Assembly: GCA_020891255.1 (NCBI GenBank)
Contig: BQFW01000008.1
Location: forward strand, 1,674,001-1,738,000
DNA length: 64,000 bases
Direction: 5' to 3'
DNA from: Entomortierella parvispora E1425
Lineage: Eukaryota; Fungi; Mortierellomycota
In this document: positions 1 to 13,047 of the stretch, piece after piece
Numbering within the stretch: the stretch's first letter is position 1
How the letters are laid out: each line of letters opens with the position of its first letter
The notes under the pieces: model-generated
The model's database searches: none
What the model was told of the DNA's origin: nothing
What the model saw: the letters and a program-made list of their open reading frames with translations, nothing else
Program-made: the position numbers and the translations under genes

Positions 1-848
1 TTAGTTAGATGGATATGTACTACGCTGACTACAGTTCACTCTCCTGATGGATCTAGGAGTCCGACTCAAAGAGGACAGCGGAAGTTTGCGCTCTTTTCGC
101 CGTGCATATGCCAAAAGCCTTGTCTCGAAAAGATACACTGTTTTTGTCCATAGAGCGTGATCCTTACAGTCGGTGACGGCAAGCTCTGAGTGTCCAAGGG
201 CGGTGATAGATGATGATGAGTGCAGAAAAGTAGTAGTTTGTAATATTCAGTGAATAAAGCAGGGATGGTGAGAAAGGAAAGGTGCGGGGATGGTGAGAAA
301 GGCAGGGAGCAAGAAAGGACGAGTGGATGATCGATAGCTGATGGTTCAGGCCATCAGATTTCCCAAAAAAAAAACTAGGATAATTTTTATTACTGATGCC
401 CCTCGCAGTTGCACCCTACAAACACAATAGCACTAATATATTATACATAATGAACTCCATAAAACGAAATTATTCATTTCGAGAAGTTCGTCTGTAGATA
501 ACATCCCTGGCTTTGGAGGTTCGCTAAAAAAGATCTATTTCAAATTTATTCAGGGTGTGTGTGGGTGGGTGAGGAGTAAGTGAATCTTTCAAAGAACTGA
601 CTGCATGACACTCAAGAAAATATCTAGACAGCACAGAACTATAGGTCGAGACAAGTGTGGTGGGAATGGGGCGAGAATAGGAAAGGAGTTGGGAGTTTTG
701 TAAATTTCCGATAATGAGCGTGCAATTTTGATGGATAATCCGGCTCAGACAAGGGTCCTTTTGGTGGTATGTGGATTGATTTGACGACAAGGTCAAAAGG
801 TTGAGGAATCTAAAGACTGCTCGATCCAGAAGAATCAAGAATCTCTGT

Positions 849-1401
849 TTAGGCAGTAGCCTCCTCGGCCCTCCTTGCGCGGTTAGCGCTCAAGATCTCC
901 CGGCGCTCCTTCAACAACTCGGTCTGTCTCTGCTCAAGTCCATGAACAAAGTAACCAACGCCTCCGAGGGCGATAGCGGACACGCCGTATCCAACGAATT
1001 CTATATTTGAGCAATTGATACCAAGAACCATTAATAAAATGTCAATGTGCCTGAGGCGGAAGATATCTATTTGTCCTTAATATCCAGAATATCCCATTTG
1101 ACAATGTCGACATTGTTCAGCATCGCAGCGCTACACTCCTTGCCGGAATCTAGACCATCCGCTTTTGGTTTTAATACGATCCATCTCTTTCTGAAAAGCT
1201 GCTGTTCACAGATTGCCTCTGTCCATGAAGTGATTCCTTGAGTTTCTTTTGCCTGTGGCTCTCTCCTGGTCGGCATCCTAGGCATAGATTAGATCTGCTC
1301 GCCTTACCGCTGGAAAGGGCACGACGCTGCATGGTGAGGGCAAGGCCGCGGGCAGCAACGCCAAAGGTGGCGAATCCAGCAACAGTTCCGAGAAGAGCCA
1401 T
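849..1401 (-). CDS. Complex I accessory subunit, NDUFC2/B14.5b-like (2 exons: 1401-1308, 1000-849)
   Basis: The spliced product is MALLGTVAGFATFGVAARGLALTMQRRALSS-EFVGYGVSAIALGGVGYFVHGLEQRQTELLKERREIL, about 81 aa with two hydrophobic segments. It resembles the fungal 14 kDa complex I subunit. The intron is GT..AG. Confidence 0.7.
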
Positions 1402-1741
1402 CTTGTGTAGAATGTGAGTAGGGTAGGAATGGAGGGGGGTTGAATGGAATGATGACACTTCGGCAATTCGTTCCCAACAATGGATGCGCGAACGCATCCC
1501 GCCGCCCTGTGCCCCCTTCCGGACCCCTTAACAAGCACAGCAGAAAAGAGGAAACAAAACGCAAACACGGGCAGCAGTCACTTTTTTTTTTAGTATAAAT
1601 GTGGCGAAGAAAGCACCTCCAATTTTTTTTTTTTGGTCTTTGGTTTGCTTTTCTTCTGGCGGTCTTGGTTTCTTTGTTCTTCACCCTCTCACCTTCTTCC
1701 CACACTTCCCCCCTCCTTCCCCTCCACCACCTAATTCCACT

Positions 1742-3579
1742 ATGGCTGAATCCAACATTGCCGTCCATGAGATGTTTGACACCATCCTCATCCTGGACTT
1801 TGGTTCGCAGTACTCGCACTTGATCACCCGCCGCATTCGTGAGTTTGGTGTCTACTGCGAGTTGCTGCCATGCACCCAGAAGATCTCGGAGCTCGGCTGG
1901 AAGCCTACCGGTAAGAACTACTTTACGCTGTCCTCCTTCACTCAACTGTGACATCCCGTTGCGGGCCATGCTTATTCATGATGACTCATACCTTTCTCAA
2001 CCCTTCGTTGATGTTCACTCTAGGTATCATCCTCTCTGGAAGCCCTTACTCCGTCTACGATCACGATGCTCCTCGCGTTGACCCCGGTGTCTTCGACCTC
2101 GGTGTCCCCGTCTTGGGAATCTGCTATGGTCTCCAGGTAAGGACGCCTCACGCACCTTTGGGCAACAATGGCTCATGGATCATGGATCATGGATCATGCT
2201 GGATCATGCTGGATCAACAGTTTTAATAATAATACTCGATACCGTAGGAAATGTCCACCTACTTTGGAGGAAAGGTTGATCCCTGCGATCACCGCGAGTA
2301 TGGACCCGCTACCCTTCGCATCTTGCCCGCTGCCAGCGCCGACTCCCAGTCCTCCATGTTGTTCGAGGAGTTGAGCGCCGAGTCTCAGGTCTGGATGTCC
2401 CACGGTGATCAGGTCACTGCCATCCCCGAGGGCTTCCGTGTCATTGCCACCACCAACACCGCTCCCTTTGCCGCCATCCGCCACAACGAGAAGTCTTTGT
2501 TCGGTATCCAGTTCCACCCCGAGGTCACCCACTCTGTTGATGGAAAGCAGATTCTCAAGAACTTTGTCCTCAAGGTCTGCAAGGCCTCCAAGAACTGGAC
2601 CATGTCTGAGTTCATTGGCAAGGAGATTGCTCGCATTCGCGCTATTGTCGGAGAGAAGGGGCAGGTCATTGGTGCCGTCAGTGGAGGTGTTGACTCGTCC
2701 GTCGCCGCCAAGCTTATGCATATGGCCATCGGTGACCGCTTCCACGGAATCTTGGTCGACAACGGTGTCATGCGTCACAACGAGTGTGCCTTGGCCAAGA
2801 AGATGTTGGTCGACAAGATGGGAATCAACCTCAAGATTGCTGATGCCTCTGACCGTTTCTTGGCCAACTTGGCTGGCAAGAAGGATCCCGAGGAGAAGCG
2901 CAAGATCATCGGAAACACCTTCATTGATGTCTTTGAGGAGGAAGCCAAGGCCATCGATGATGCCTGCGCCGCCGCCGGTGGACAGCCCGTCGAGTTTTTG
3001 CTCCAGGGAACCCTTTACCCTGATGTCATCGAGTCTATTTCTTTCAAGGGACCCAGTGCTACCATCAAGACCCACCACAACGTTGGAGGATTGAAGGAGA
3101 ACATGAAGCTGAAGTTGATCGAGCCTCTCCGCGAGCTCTTCAAGGATGAGGTCCGTGAGTTGGGCAAGTTGTTGGGTATGGACGATGAGCTCGTCTGGCG
3201 CCACCCCTTCCCCGGTCCCGGTATTGCTATCCGTATCCTTGGTGAGGTTACCAAGGAGCAGGTCGCCATTGCCCGCAAGGCCGATTACATCTACATTGAG
3301 GAGATCAAGAAGGCCGGTCTCTACCGCCAGATTGCTCAGGCCTACGCCGCCTTGTTGCCTATCAAGGCTGTCGGTGTCAAGGGAGACAAGCGTACTTATG
3401 AGCAGATGATTTGCTTGCGCGCTGTCGAGACCTCGGACTTCATGACTGCCGACTGGTTCCCCTTCCCCTACGATGTGCTCAAGAGGATCTCGTCCCGTAT
3501 CTGCAATGAGGTCGAGGGTGTCAACCGTGTCGTCTACGATGTCTCGTCCAAGCCCCCAGCCACCATTGAGCTCGAATAA
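1742..3579 (+). CDS. GUA1: GMP synthase (glutamine-hydrolysing); exons 1742-1910, 2024-2136, 2248-3579
   Basis: Motifs [51 protein letters not shown] and HPFPGPG, with C-terminal [14 protein letters not shown]. Introns are GT-AG with consistent phase. Confidence 0.97.
2168..2216 (+). repeat. Short tandem repeat (TGGATCA / TGCTGGATCA) inside GUA1 intron 2
   Basis: atggctcatggatcatggatcatggatcatgctggatcatgctggatca. Confidence 0.85.
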
Positions 3580-3887
3580 ACCATTCGGGCAAGGGAAACC
3601 CTTGGTCTTTGCTTTTCTTCATCATTATTTACATAGAATCATCATATCATAAAAGAAACCTTCACAGAAACCTACCTTTTTTTTTTTTTTTTTTGAGGTT
3701 GGTGGCGGTGGTCACGTGGAAGAAAGAGTCTTTGGGCGTGCCACGATGCATGCATGGACTCTGTCATCATTCATCAGCACGCCTTTTTGTCTTTTCCTCC
3801 AACTCTGTTCACTCATCCTCTCCTGACCCATCTCTTGCTCCAATTCTCTTACATCTTCCTCTGTTCTCCATTAATATCACCTAAAAC

Positions 3888-4446
3888 ATGGCCATTGGTA
3901 TCTTTGGCCTCTTGGAGGTCATGCTCATCTTTGTTAATGCAATCGCCATCCTGAACGAGGATCGCTTCCTTGCCAAGAGTAAATATCCCCCCCTCCACGC
4001 ACCTCTGTCCTTTACTCACCTCCTCCAACCCTTCTGTCGTGTTTCTGTTTGACAGCGCTTGTCTTTATCCATTTTGTTCCTCTATTCCCTTCTGTTCATG
4101 TGAACCAAATGTCTTATTGAATAATTGTGTACCTGACGCTCACTCTTCTTTTTCCACTGTTGTTTTTGTCCAGTTGGCTGGGGTCGTCAGGTCGCTGACC
4201 CTTATGGACAAGAATCCGTCAAGGCACGACTTGTCAACTTGATCTCGGCCGTCAGAACTTTGATGAGGAGTAAGTTGAAAACACCTTCATGGACGAGAAT
4301 CACTCAAATGAAAACCGTGCGTGAGCGTACTGCCCTTCCTGCCCTCCTCATTTTATCTGACCTCATTATTTGCTACCCTGCGTCTTTTAGTCCCCTTGAT
4401 CGGCCTCAACATTGTCGCTATTCTTTACCTTGTTATCCTCGGATAA
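3888..4446 (+). CDS. YOS1: Yos1/IER3IP1-like ER-Golgi membrane protein; exons 3888-3978, 4174-4269, 4391-4446
   Basis: Spliced product MAIGIFGLLEVMLIFVNAIAILNEDRFLAKIGWG...VKARLVNLISAVRTLMRIPLIGLNIVAILYLVILG matches the Yos1 signature. Confidence 0.92.
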
Positions 4447-4580
4447 GCGCCCAGACCGTCCCCTATAGCCTCAAACATAGTCTCGCGATCTTCAAACTCC
4501 ATGTACACTACTGCTACCCAATACAACAGGACATTCAATATTGATGTTGTGATTTAAAGAGATCCGAAAAAGTTATGTTA

Positions 4581-6933
4581 TTATACAGGGAGCTCTTGTA
4601 ATCTATGGCAGTCCATTGAGTTCTCGATAAGTCTGGGGAGTCCCTGTGTTGGCCTTTGGTTGAAGCTCATCCTGGTAAATGGATTGCGTAGGAATGGTAT
4701 AGTTTTCAGGCGGGAAGATGGGTCCAACCCCTTGAACGAATCGTCTTCTTCTGTCCATAGCACTAATGGCATTCTCAGATAACGATTTCGGTGCCGCGGT
4801 TTTCTTGCTCTTTTTCGCTTTCGTGTTTCGCTTTTCGAAGAGAAAGAAAAGAAAGGTTGGTTAAATGCCCATTCTCTCCGCCCAAAGTGATATTCTTAGA
4901 TTGCCATGACACTTACGATTCGTTTCAAATAGCCCTGCTCCACTTGCTTGTCCAGATCATCAAGAATGGTATTGTACTCTTGGTAGGCTAGGTGATTATT
5001 GACCAACCCCAGTAACCGCTGCTTCCTGCTCTTGTTGACCTTCATGACATCGCGAAGTTCTTTTTGCAAGGATCGAAGGGTAATACTAATTTCATCGTCC
5101 TCTCGTGCATCCCAATTGATCTATATAATAATGAGGGTAAGTAAAACTGGGGCCGACAAAAAAAGATGAAAACTCCTCACACACCATCCATTATAACCAG
5201 TGTTGTTGTATACCTCTTCGTTTCCGAGCAGGCCAATGTAGCGCAGCTCCCGCTTGATACGCTCCTCTAATTCGGCATAGTTTCGAGCGCCGGGCTGTAC
5301 TTCTTGGTTCTGATCCTCGCTACTATCCTTTACTTCCTTTGGCGCAACAACATCTTCTGCGATCAAAGAGCTCAAGAGTCTCTCTGTCAACGGACCACAT
5401 GAAATTTCGTCCTGATCAATGTTTTCCTCTGTCAGCTCAAATGGAGTGCTGCTCACGTTATTCCGTGATGAAGTTGTATCCTTGAGTGAGTCCACAGAGT
5501 TCCTACGAGATTCATACCCGTCAAACGGCATCAGGGAGCGCTCTTCCTCCGCCCAAGCATCCAAGTAATGTTTGCCGAGAGGAGGGATCATGAGAGGCGT
5601 TACTTGATCGTTTTCCTCCTCCAAAATAATTCTGTCTGACTCTGTAAAAGGTCGAAAGTATGGATCCATAGATGCCCAAAACGTCTGAATCGGTACTTGG
5701 TTCGCAACCTTGACTTTTGAGAAATCCTCCTGTACCTCCTGCACTTTAGGTGTTGGCTTTTGAGACTTTTCAGTATGATGTTCCGAGTTCTTCTTCTTCT
5801 TTTGGTGGGAGCTCGAGTGTGCTTTGTCGCCCATGCGTTGCTAAAGAAATATAAGGGGATAATTTCGATTAAATTATCTATACAGTTGAACTGCAAAAGC
5901 AACCTAAGGTCAAACTTCACATACCTGGGTCGCCTTGGGTACATTATTCCGGTTGGTACCCAACTTGACTGGCTGAGGAGACATACTACGTCCATTCTTG
6001 GCTAGAGAGTAATCATCACTCCGTTTTGACTTTGGGATAGTCACTGTTCAGCAAAACAACAGTCAGTTTCTGCTTGAATCCACGAATGTGCCAATGCATT
6101 ACCCATAGCTATTCCCTGCCATATACCTCGCTCATCCTCTGAATATTCGCTGTCGTCATCCAGATCACGTTTCTTCCGCTTTTTCTGAAATCCATCTTGA
6201 CTTGATCTATTGTGAAAGAGATGACCGTGTGAGCTAGCGAATCAAGCTAAAGCAAAACCATTCCGCCGTTAGGGAAACTTACGATGGCGTCCCCGTCCTG
6301 GCTTTAATAACAAGCTCGTCATCTGTCTTGGCGCTGGTGCCTTCTAGATGCCAGCACAGAATCAAAGGTTGTTTAGTTGCCTGTCCAATCATCCATGCGA
6401 GCATTGAGAAAGTTGAAATATCGCTCCATACCTGGTGCATCTGGACGCTTCAATTTCAATTTGACTATAGGAGATGCGGTGGTTGTTGTTCCAGAAGCCA
6501 GAGTTCCAGCTGATCCACCTCCTGTCCGGGAGCTGCTGGAAAAAGATGAGGGCGACGAAGTATTCGGTGATGCACTTGTCCGTCCTGATCCCGAGGCAAC
6601 ATGAGCCGACGATGCTGACAAGCCTGGCAATATGGAATTAAATGCGGATGAGGTAGAGGAAGTAGGGGTTGAAGAAACAGACGAGTCCTTGGATTGGCTC
6701 GCGGCTGCTCCTGCTGAGGATCCAGTCTCGAGTCTTACGAGCTCGTTGCTGTACCGCTCATAGCGAAGGGACGCCTGTTCAGACAGGTGCTGAAGCTCTT
6801 GCTGAAGGACAGTCAGCTCCTGGTAAGAGGGGATATTGGTTGCGCTCGGCGAAGTCGCTGAAGAAAGCCGATTCACGTAGCTCCTGTAGGTGAGGGCGCT
6901 GGGGTCGAAAGATGGAGGCACAGGGGTGTCCAT
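4581..6933 (-). CDS. NGG1: SAGA/ADA histone acetyltransferase subunit Ada3 (multi-exon; start approximate)
   Basis: Motifs FWASMDPYFRPFTE, CGPLTERLLSSLI and LEERIKRELRYIGLL are typical of Ada3/TADA3. Spread over ORFs 6373-6978, 5121-5834 and 4581-4772. Confidence 0.85.
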
Positions 6934-7519
6934 GGGCTGCTCTATCGTGACTGCTTTAAGAACAGGGCATGCATGCATTGAAACCGAGTCAGCAATTGAA
7001 GTGGTGCATACAAGCTATTGGTCAAAATCAGGGCAACAACAAACCTCTGGTGGTAAATAGACCTGCAACGGAAAGAAACTGGAGGACTGTGGTGGAAAGG
7101 TGGGGGCCGCGTCAGTTGACCTGGCTGGACTAAGATTGGCTGCTGGTCGGGGGATTGCTGTGCAGCACAGAAGCGAGAGGTCCTTGTAATGCGATCAGTA
7201 AATAAACAAAAAGTAAGGGCAGGAAAGAAGTTTGTGTCGACAGCAGTGGTGGTGGTAGTGGCAGACAGTCTGTTGTCAATGAAGGTAGGTTGTTGGGCCT
7301 ACAATGCGCGTGGATGGAGGTTGAATATTGAGATGTTCAAAGGGTCCAAGATGAGGCAGAGATGCCCTCCTGTTTGTATGACATACGATTTGGAGATTTC
7401 GGTGATGAATTTTCTGGTAGTCACGTGTTTTCGCGAGACTTGCATATTCTTTCTTTCGCTTCGCCCAAGTCCAGCTCAGTCATCCCACAGGAACAAGAGT
7501 GATCATGCCAAAGGAATCC

Positions 7520-9194
7520 ATGGCGCATTCAGAAAAAACGAACATGGAAGAGAAAAAAAAGGATGTATGTTTAGCAATCTCGAGTCATATTGGCCATTCG
7601 TCGCGACGGTTGTCTGACATATCTTTTTTTTGACCGTACCAGGGAGCAGCAGCAGAGCTGAAGGAGCAAGTAAGGACTTGGGTTGAATATGATCAACAAA
7701 TGGACTAAGGATAATGAGGAGAGTCAAAAACAAGCGATTTCCGTACCCGGCTACTGACACGCGGTAACAACTCGCCTTCTAGGGAAACAATTACTTCAAA
7801 AAAGGCGATTTCCATGGGGCAATCAAGAGCTATACCTCTAGCATGGAACACGATCCCTCAAACTCGGTGCTTCCCATCAACAGGGCCATGGCGTATCTTA
7901 AACTGGATATGTAAGTATTGATGAGATTGAAGACAACGACCTTTAATTCAGTCTGCAAATCTCTAATAATTCGTGTGGCTCAATCGTAGGTATACGGAGG
8001 CCGAGGCTGATTGCTCCCTTGGAATACTCTTGGATAAAAAGAATGTGAAGGCTCATTGGAGGCGCGGTATCGCTCGTCGGTCACTGGGAAGACTTGAGGA
8101 ATCAAAACGAGACTTTGAATTAGCACTGGTCCTTGATCCTTCAAACAAAGCTGTCAAGGAGGAGCTGATCAAGGTCAAGGAACTTATCGTGAAATCAGGA
8201 AAGGATTCAAAACCAGCCTCGGTGGCGAAACCTTTGCAGAAATCGGACACCATCGCCACCAAGTCAACTTCACAGCAGCCTCAGATCGTATCCAGCAAAC
8301 GCGTGGCCATCAAGGAAGTGTCCAACGGGCAGCCCTCTGAACTCTTCGAAGATATTCTGCCCAAAAAATCCACAGGGACCCTTGAATCAGTTGCTGAATC
8401 AAAGCCGGCGAGAGCACCAGCAACAGAGGGATCAACACTCTCATTCACGACCCCCAAGGACTTTGCTTTGAGCATGCCTATGACTGTCCCTGCAACAACC
8501 ATGGAGCTTCAGCGCGACTGGAAGAGTTACAGCAAGGACAAGTCTCGTTTATACGAATATTTAAAGGTATAATAATGTGCAATGCATCGTCTTATATTCC
8601 TCAGGCACCTTGTATGTAGTCTACTGACCAACCATTCCCATTTTTCTTGCCTTCTCTCACAGCTCATCAAGCCTGAATCAATGCCCAATCTTTTCAAGAG
8701 CTCGTTTGAGTCCGAATATCTGACGTCGATGCTGGCAGTATTTCAAGAGTTTTATATTCCGTAAGTTTGTCGAGATTATGAACCTTCCGTGTATCAAGGA
8801 AGAGGGCATTCAGCCAAAGATGCAGATGCTTATCTTCATTTCCTTTCTCATCCTTCCAAAAACAGCTCTGAAGAACCTGCGCTTCTCTATCGTACTCTTG
8901 CTAATTTGATCAAGGTTCAAAGAATTGATTTGTCGTTGATGTTCATGACTGCAAGCGAGAAGAAAGGTATCAAACACAAAAAAAAAAAAAAAAAACAGTC
9001 GCAATTGCATTCGCAAAGCATGCAAACTTTTAAGAGCCACCTTTTGCTAAACATCTGCCGCTGCATTCCCGTTTGATTTCCTCATAGAACTGGCCTCCAT
9101 TTTCAAGCATCTCGCTGCTCACGCCGAGAAACAAGATGCCTATAATCAGCAAGACCTGACCTCACTCGCATCCAAGTTTAAGACCACCGTTTAA
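7520..9194 (+). CDS. RPAP3: RPAP3/SPAG1-like TPR co-chaperone with C-terminal RPAP3_C domain (multi-exon)
   Basis: Spliced TPRs LKEQ-GNNYFKKGDFHGAIKSYT...NRAMAYLKL-YTEAEADCSLGILLDKKNVKAHWRRG. C-terminal region TMELQRDWK...LYEYLK-LIKPESMPNLFKSSFESE. Confidence 0.8.
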
Positions 9195-9247
9195 AATCAT
9201 AAAACTCCAACACCTCAGTCCTTCTATTGTTTGTTTAGTTATCACCG

Positions 9248-11527
9248 TTACAACTTGCTGGGAGCTATGGAGGAAACAGAGACAACAGGCGATGTCAGAG
9301 CCCATTGATATACACAAGTCTCCGCTGCGATAGGGGAAGTGATGAGATATATACCTTTTTCGATGGGTTCCCAGGCAGGAGCTGTGCCTCGAAGAGACCA
9401 GATATCTCCTATCCTTGGAGGTGGCATGTTAAGCTTGTCAAGCCAGTTACGATTTTCGTCCACTAGATAAGCATTCACGGCGTCTGTGAGGGCCTCTAAT
9501 GGAATTGCAAAATTGAGATGCGTAATGGTTCGGCCTGTGGATGTTTTTCCGTTGCCTATGATGTTGACCAGATCTTAGTAAACGGACAAAATTCTGGAAG
9601 GGTACAAACACAGCTGCCTTGCCTTTTCCTTTTTTTTTTTTTTGCTTGATTACCTGTAACCAATCCTGCAAAATGGCCGTCTGTTGTAATAAGTACTCCA
9701 CCACTGTTGCCGCGGTGAACAGGGGCGCTGCTCAGAAGCATAACGGGCTGCTGGTTGTAGGTAACGACCTTACTACAAATACCCGACGTAATGAGAGGAA
9801 GGATACCCGATGAAGGGCCAAAAATGCCATGACCAATCGCGAAGAGTGGGGATCCTTTTTTCAATGGCTTGACACGGGATCTAGGATAAAGAAGAAATAG
9901 AACGCGATTGAGCTCGCCTTGGTCTCTATGAACACGCTTCAATGCTTGTCAGAGTAATCCCGATTTCTTACAGCTCATCCTTGGTCCGGAGCGGCAAAAA
10001 TGGTAGGAATCCCTTCAAGACGCAGGTTTCTGGGATCTTGATCAATGCAACATCCCAGCAAGACTCGGAGACAAAAACCACTTCACAATCGTCTACCCAT
10101 TGCTATTGGGACGAGGAGATAGAAAGGATACACTGATCAGCAAAACAAACACACGACACAGAGTAACAAAGAAATGAGCACTACCGCCATCTTTAACTTT
10201 ACCTGCTGTTGTGGTGAATCGATACGCACGCGAAGTGAAATACCGCTTCTTAAATTAGGCCATGTCCTGTTACTGATATTGTCCAAGAAGGAAGTGAAGA
10301 CATGTGCGTTCGTGAGGATATCTGTGGAAATGTTTTCATGAGGAGACGGATGCTCGCATTAGACAGAGTCACCAGCGACGCGTCAAGAAAATAATATATT
10401 CCTGCGTAACAACGACTTACGTCCGTGCTTGGAAATAACGACACCTGAAGCCCAAGTTTGTCCGACTTGGACCATTACTACGGCTTGGCGCGCATCAATC
10501 AGCGTAGTTTTGTTTAGAGAGTCAATGTGTTTCGGAAGAAGAGGTTGACGGGAGACTGAGATGTACGGGGAAATGGCTGAGATGAGGCAGGCCACTGGGA
10601 TCACTAGACTAATGTCAACTGGCTCACCATCCGTTCTCCTATGAAATGACAAACAACGAGACAAAAACGTTTTTAAGCGGTGAGTTACGATGCATTCGTC
10701 GGCATGGGAGTAAAAGGTTCGGAAGACTTAGCGTCTTGCTCATTTTCCAACTGTACCTGATAGGAAGCATGCTCAGGCCTGCAAGCTCTCCCGTTTCGTC
10801 CCAACTCACAGCTCCACCCTCCATCCCAGGCAAAAACTTTGCATCGGTCAAGACAAGAGAGTTTGCCTGCTCGTCCACTCTTCTAGCCGCACGATACGGA
10901 TGTACAATGTTGGCCACGACTCCTTGACTGATATTGTTGATCAAGACTGAAGGGGCAATCAACCCAAAACCTGAACCGTGCAGCGTCAGCTTTTTTCCAA
11001 TGGATGGCACCGACAGCATATGGGGAGACTGCTCTCCGAATAGAGCACTCTCCTCAGTCGGCAAAATAGGATGTTCTGTAGTCTTTGCGGGTCGTAGGTG
11101 AAGGATAGCTAGGCCAGCAATTCCTACGTTCCTAAGAGAGAACCGGTGAATAGAATCGAGATCTGTTCCGATCTGGCCTTTGTTAGGGCCCCATCCAAAG
11201 ATCCAGCTCGATGAGTCGTGCCCAGTCAACCGTCTGATGGAGGACAACATTCCTAAGGAGGAGCACGAGCGAGAAAGGTCAATAATGTTGCCCTTTTGGC
11301 TGGAGCTCTTTGGATTCCCAAAGGTGAGTTGGTGTTACCTTCAGCTTCGACCACCGCAATCAAATCAGCATTAATCCAGGTCTCGACACCCTCTAGAAGG
11401 AACGTAAAACGATCAGCTATCTTTAAGAGAATGCTAGCATTTCATTTTGTTTTGAAGTATGACTATTACCATCGTCGATTTTGTTCTCAAACAGCACATC
11501 TACACCGGAATGTGGTCCAAGTATCAT
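9248..11527 (-). CDS. TYSND1: Peroxisomal leader-peptide-processing trypsin-like serine protease (TYSND1/DEG15-like; multi-exon, start approximate)
   Basis: Tandem trypsin-like halves: WASGVVISKHG, FAIGHGIFGP, ITSGICSKVV, SAPVHRGNSGGVL (catalytic Ser motif), and a degenerate N-terminal half FLPGMEGGAV. Ends in the PTS1 signal SKL. Confidence 0.85.
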
Positions 11528-13047
11528 TTCGCCATAGGAAGACAGCTGTAGGGCAAATATTGTGATAAGGATCAAAACATCTGTAATCACTCACGCGCTT
11601 GTCAACTAACGCGTCAATCAATAAAGCAAGACCCAAAGAAGGGGTCTGTGTGTCGTTTGTGGGGTGAAAAGTGTGCCGAGGCCAGCACTTGTTGAAGCGA
11701 GGTTACACTCGGGCGCCTAGCGAGCAATTTGCTCAATCTCCCACGGTATGACTCTTGTCATCCGAGGCGAAAGAATCTACTTTAAACCGAGCGAGCTCCC
11801 CCTAACCACATTTGAAAGGAGAGAAGGGGGGGGGGGAGTGAATGCTACTCACCTTGTCCATGAGGAATGGCCGAAGGAGACTTGCGCTGGTCATAGGAAA
11901 TCAAGCCGTTAGCTCACAGTCAATTGCATGTGCTTCTCCTTTTCTAAAGTGAACCACAATTTGTGTAGCGTGGATCAAGACCTTCATCGAGATGAGATCT
12001 TGGTGGTCCTGTCCATATTAGAGCCATCCATACCTCGTAATGACAAGGCTCGATTCGAGAGCAATGCCAGAAGCTGTGAAAGTCGAGTATCCGCCTGTAT
12101 TGGTTGAAATCAAGAGAAAAGCAAATACAAGGAAAGGACATTATCATGGCCAGTAAATGGACGAAGCAGTTAAGGGAACAATAGGTGAAGACGATGATCC
12201 GAAATTGCAATTGAAATAGATAAAAAAAGCAAAAGAAAGCAAGCACACAAGCAGACAAAACAAGCAGACAAGAATGACAACCAGCAGGAAGACAGATCAA
12301 GACGACGAGTTGATATTCATTGTGGAAGAAGGCCCTGCCCTCGGTCTTTGCGCCAGTGTCGTCTGGTCCATGGCAGCGCACACAGACGGAGGCCCAGTTT
12401 TGAATCATTGTGCGAGTCGCGTATGGAGCGGAGAAGGAAGAAAGGAACGCGGCTGAAGTAGAGTGGCGATCGGCCAGGGAGAGAGTGGAACCGGAGTGTG
12501 AACGGTCGTGAATAAAGTGGAAGAGTGAATGCCAAAAAGCAGGGAGGATGGAGGAATGAAGACGGGTCGCTCGACAAAAGAGAGCGAGGAAGGGAAGGGG
12601 AGTGGATGACGGAAGGTAAGGAGGGAGGAAGAGGAGAGATGTGAATGAGAACAAAGCAGAGGGAGCGAAAGAGATGCCGACGATGGGCAAAGGCGACAGA
12701 GCTGAGAGGGAACAGGGACAGACACAGTGAGCCGACGATCGATTCGAGGTGTGAAAGTGAAGTGTGAGGCGTGAGGTGTGAGGTGTGAACTTGAAAGATG
12801 ATAATAACGTGACCCCTACAAATGTCAACTCCCTTCTTTCGTTCTCACTTCATTCATTCATTATTCATTCATTCATTCGTTCGTTCCATTCCTTTTTATT
12901 ACCTTCTCTTCTTTATTCACTTCGTCCTCTTCTTTCTCGCCTTCTCTTTTTTATCTCTTTTTATCTCTCTCCATCCCTCTTTATACCCTCTCTACTCCAT
13001 ACCTCACTCTCCAACTTCACTCCAGCTCCCTCCTACTGCTTCTTTCA

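Noticed and set aside
1-520. Possible gene fragment at the window edge
   Set aside because: No convincing ORF or motif was found on either strand.
2194-3204. 336-aa minus-strand ORF
   Set aside because: It is the antisense shadow of the codon-biased GUA1 exon.
11944-12828. 294-aa minus-strand ORF and overlapping ORFs
   Set aside because: These are F/S/L-rich translations of purine/pyrimidine-skewed promoter or UTR sequence with no family motifs.
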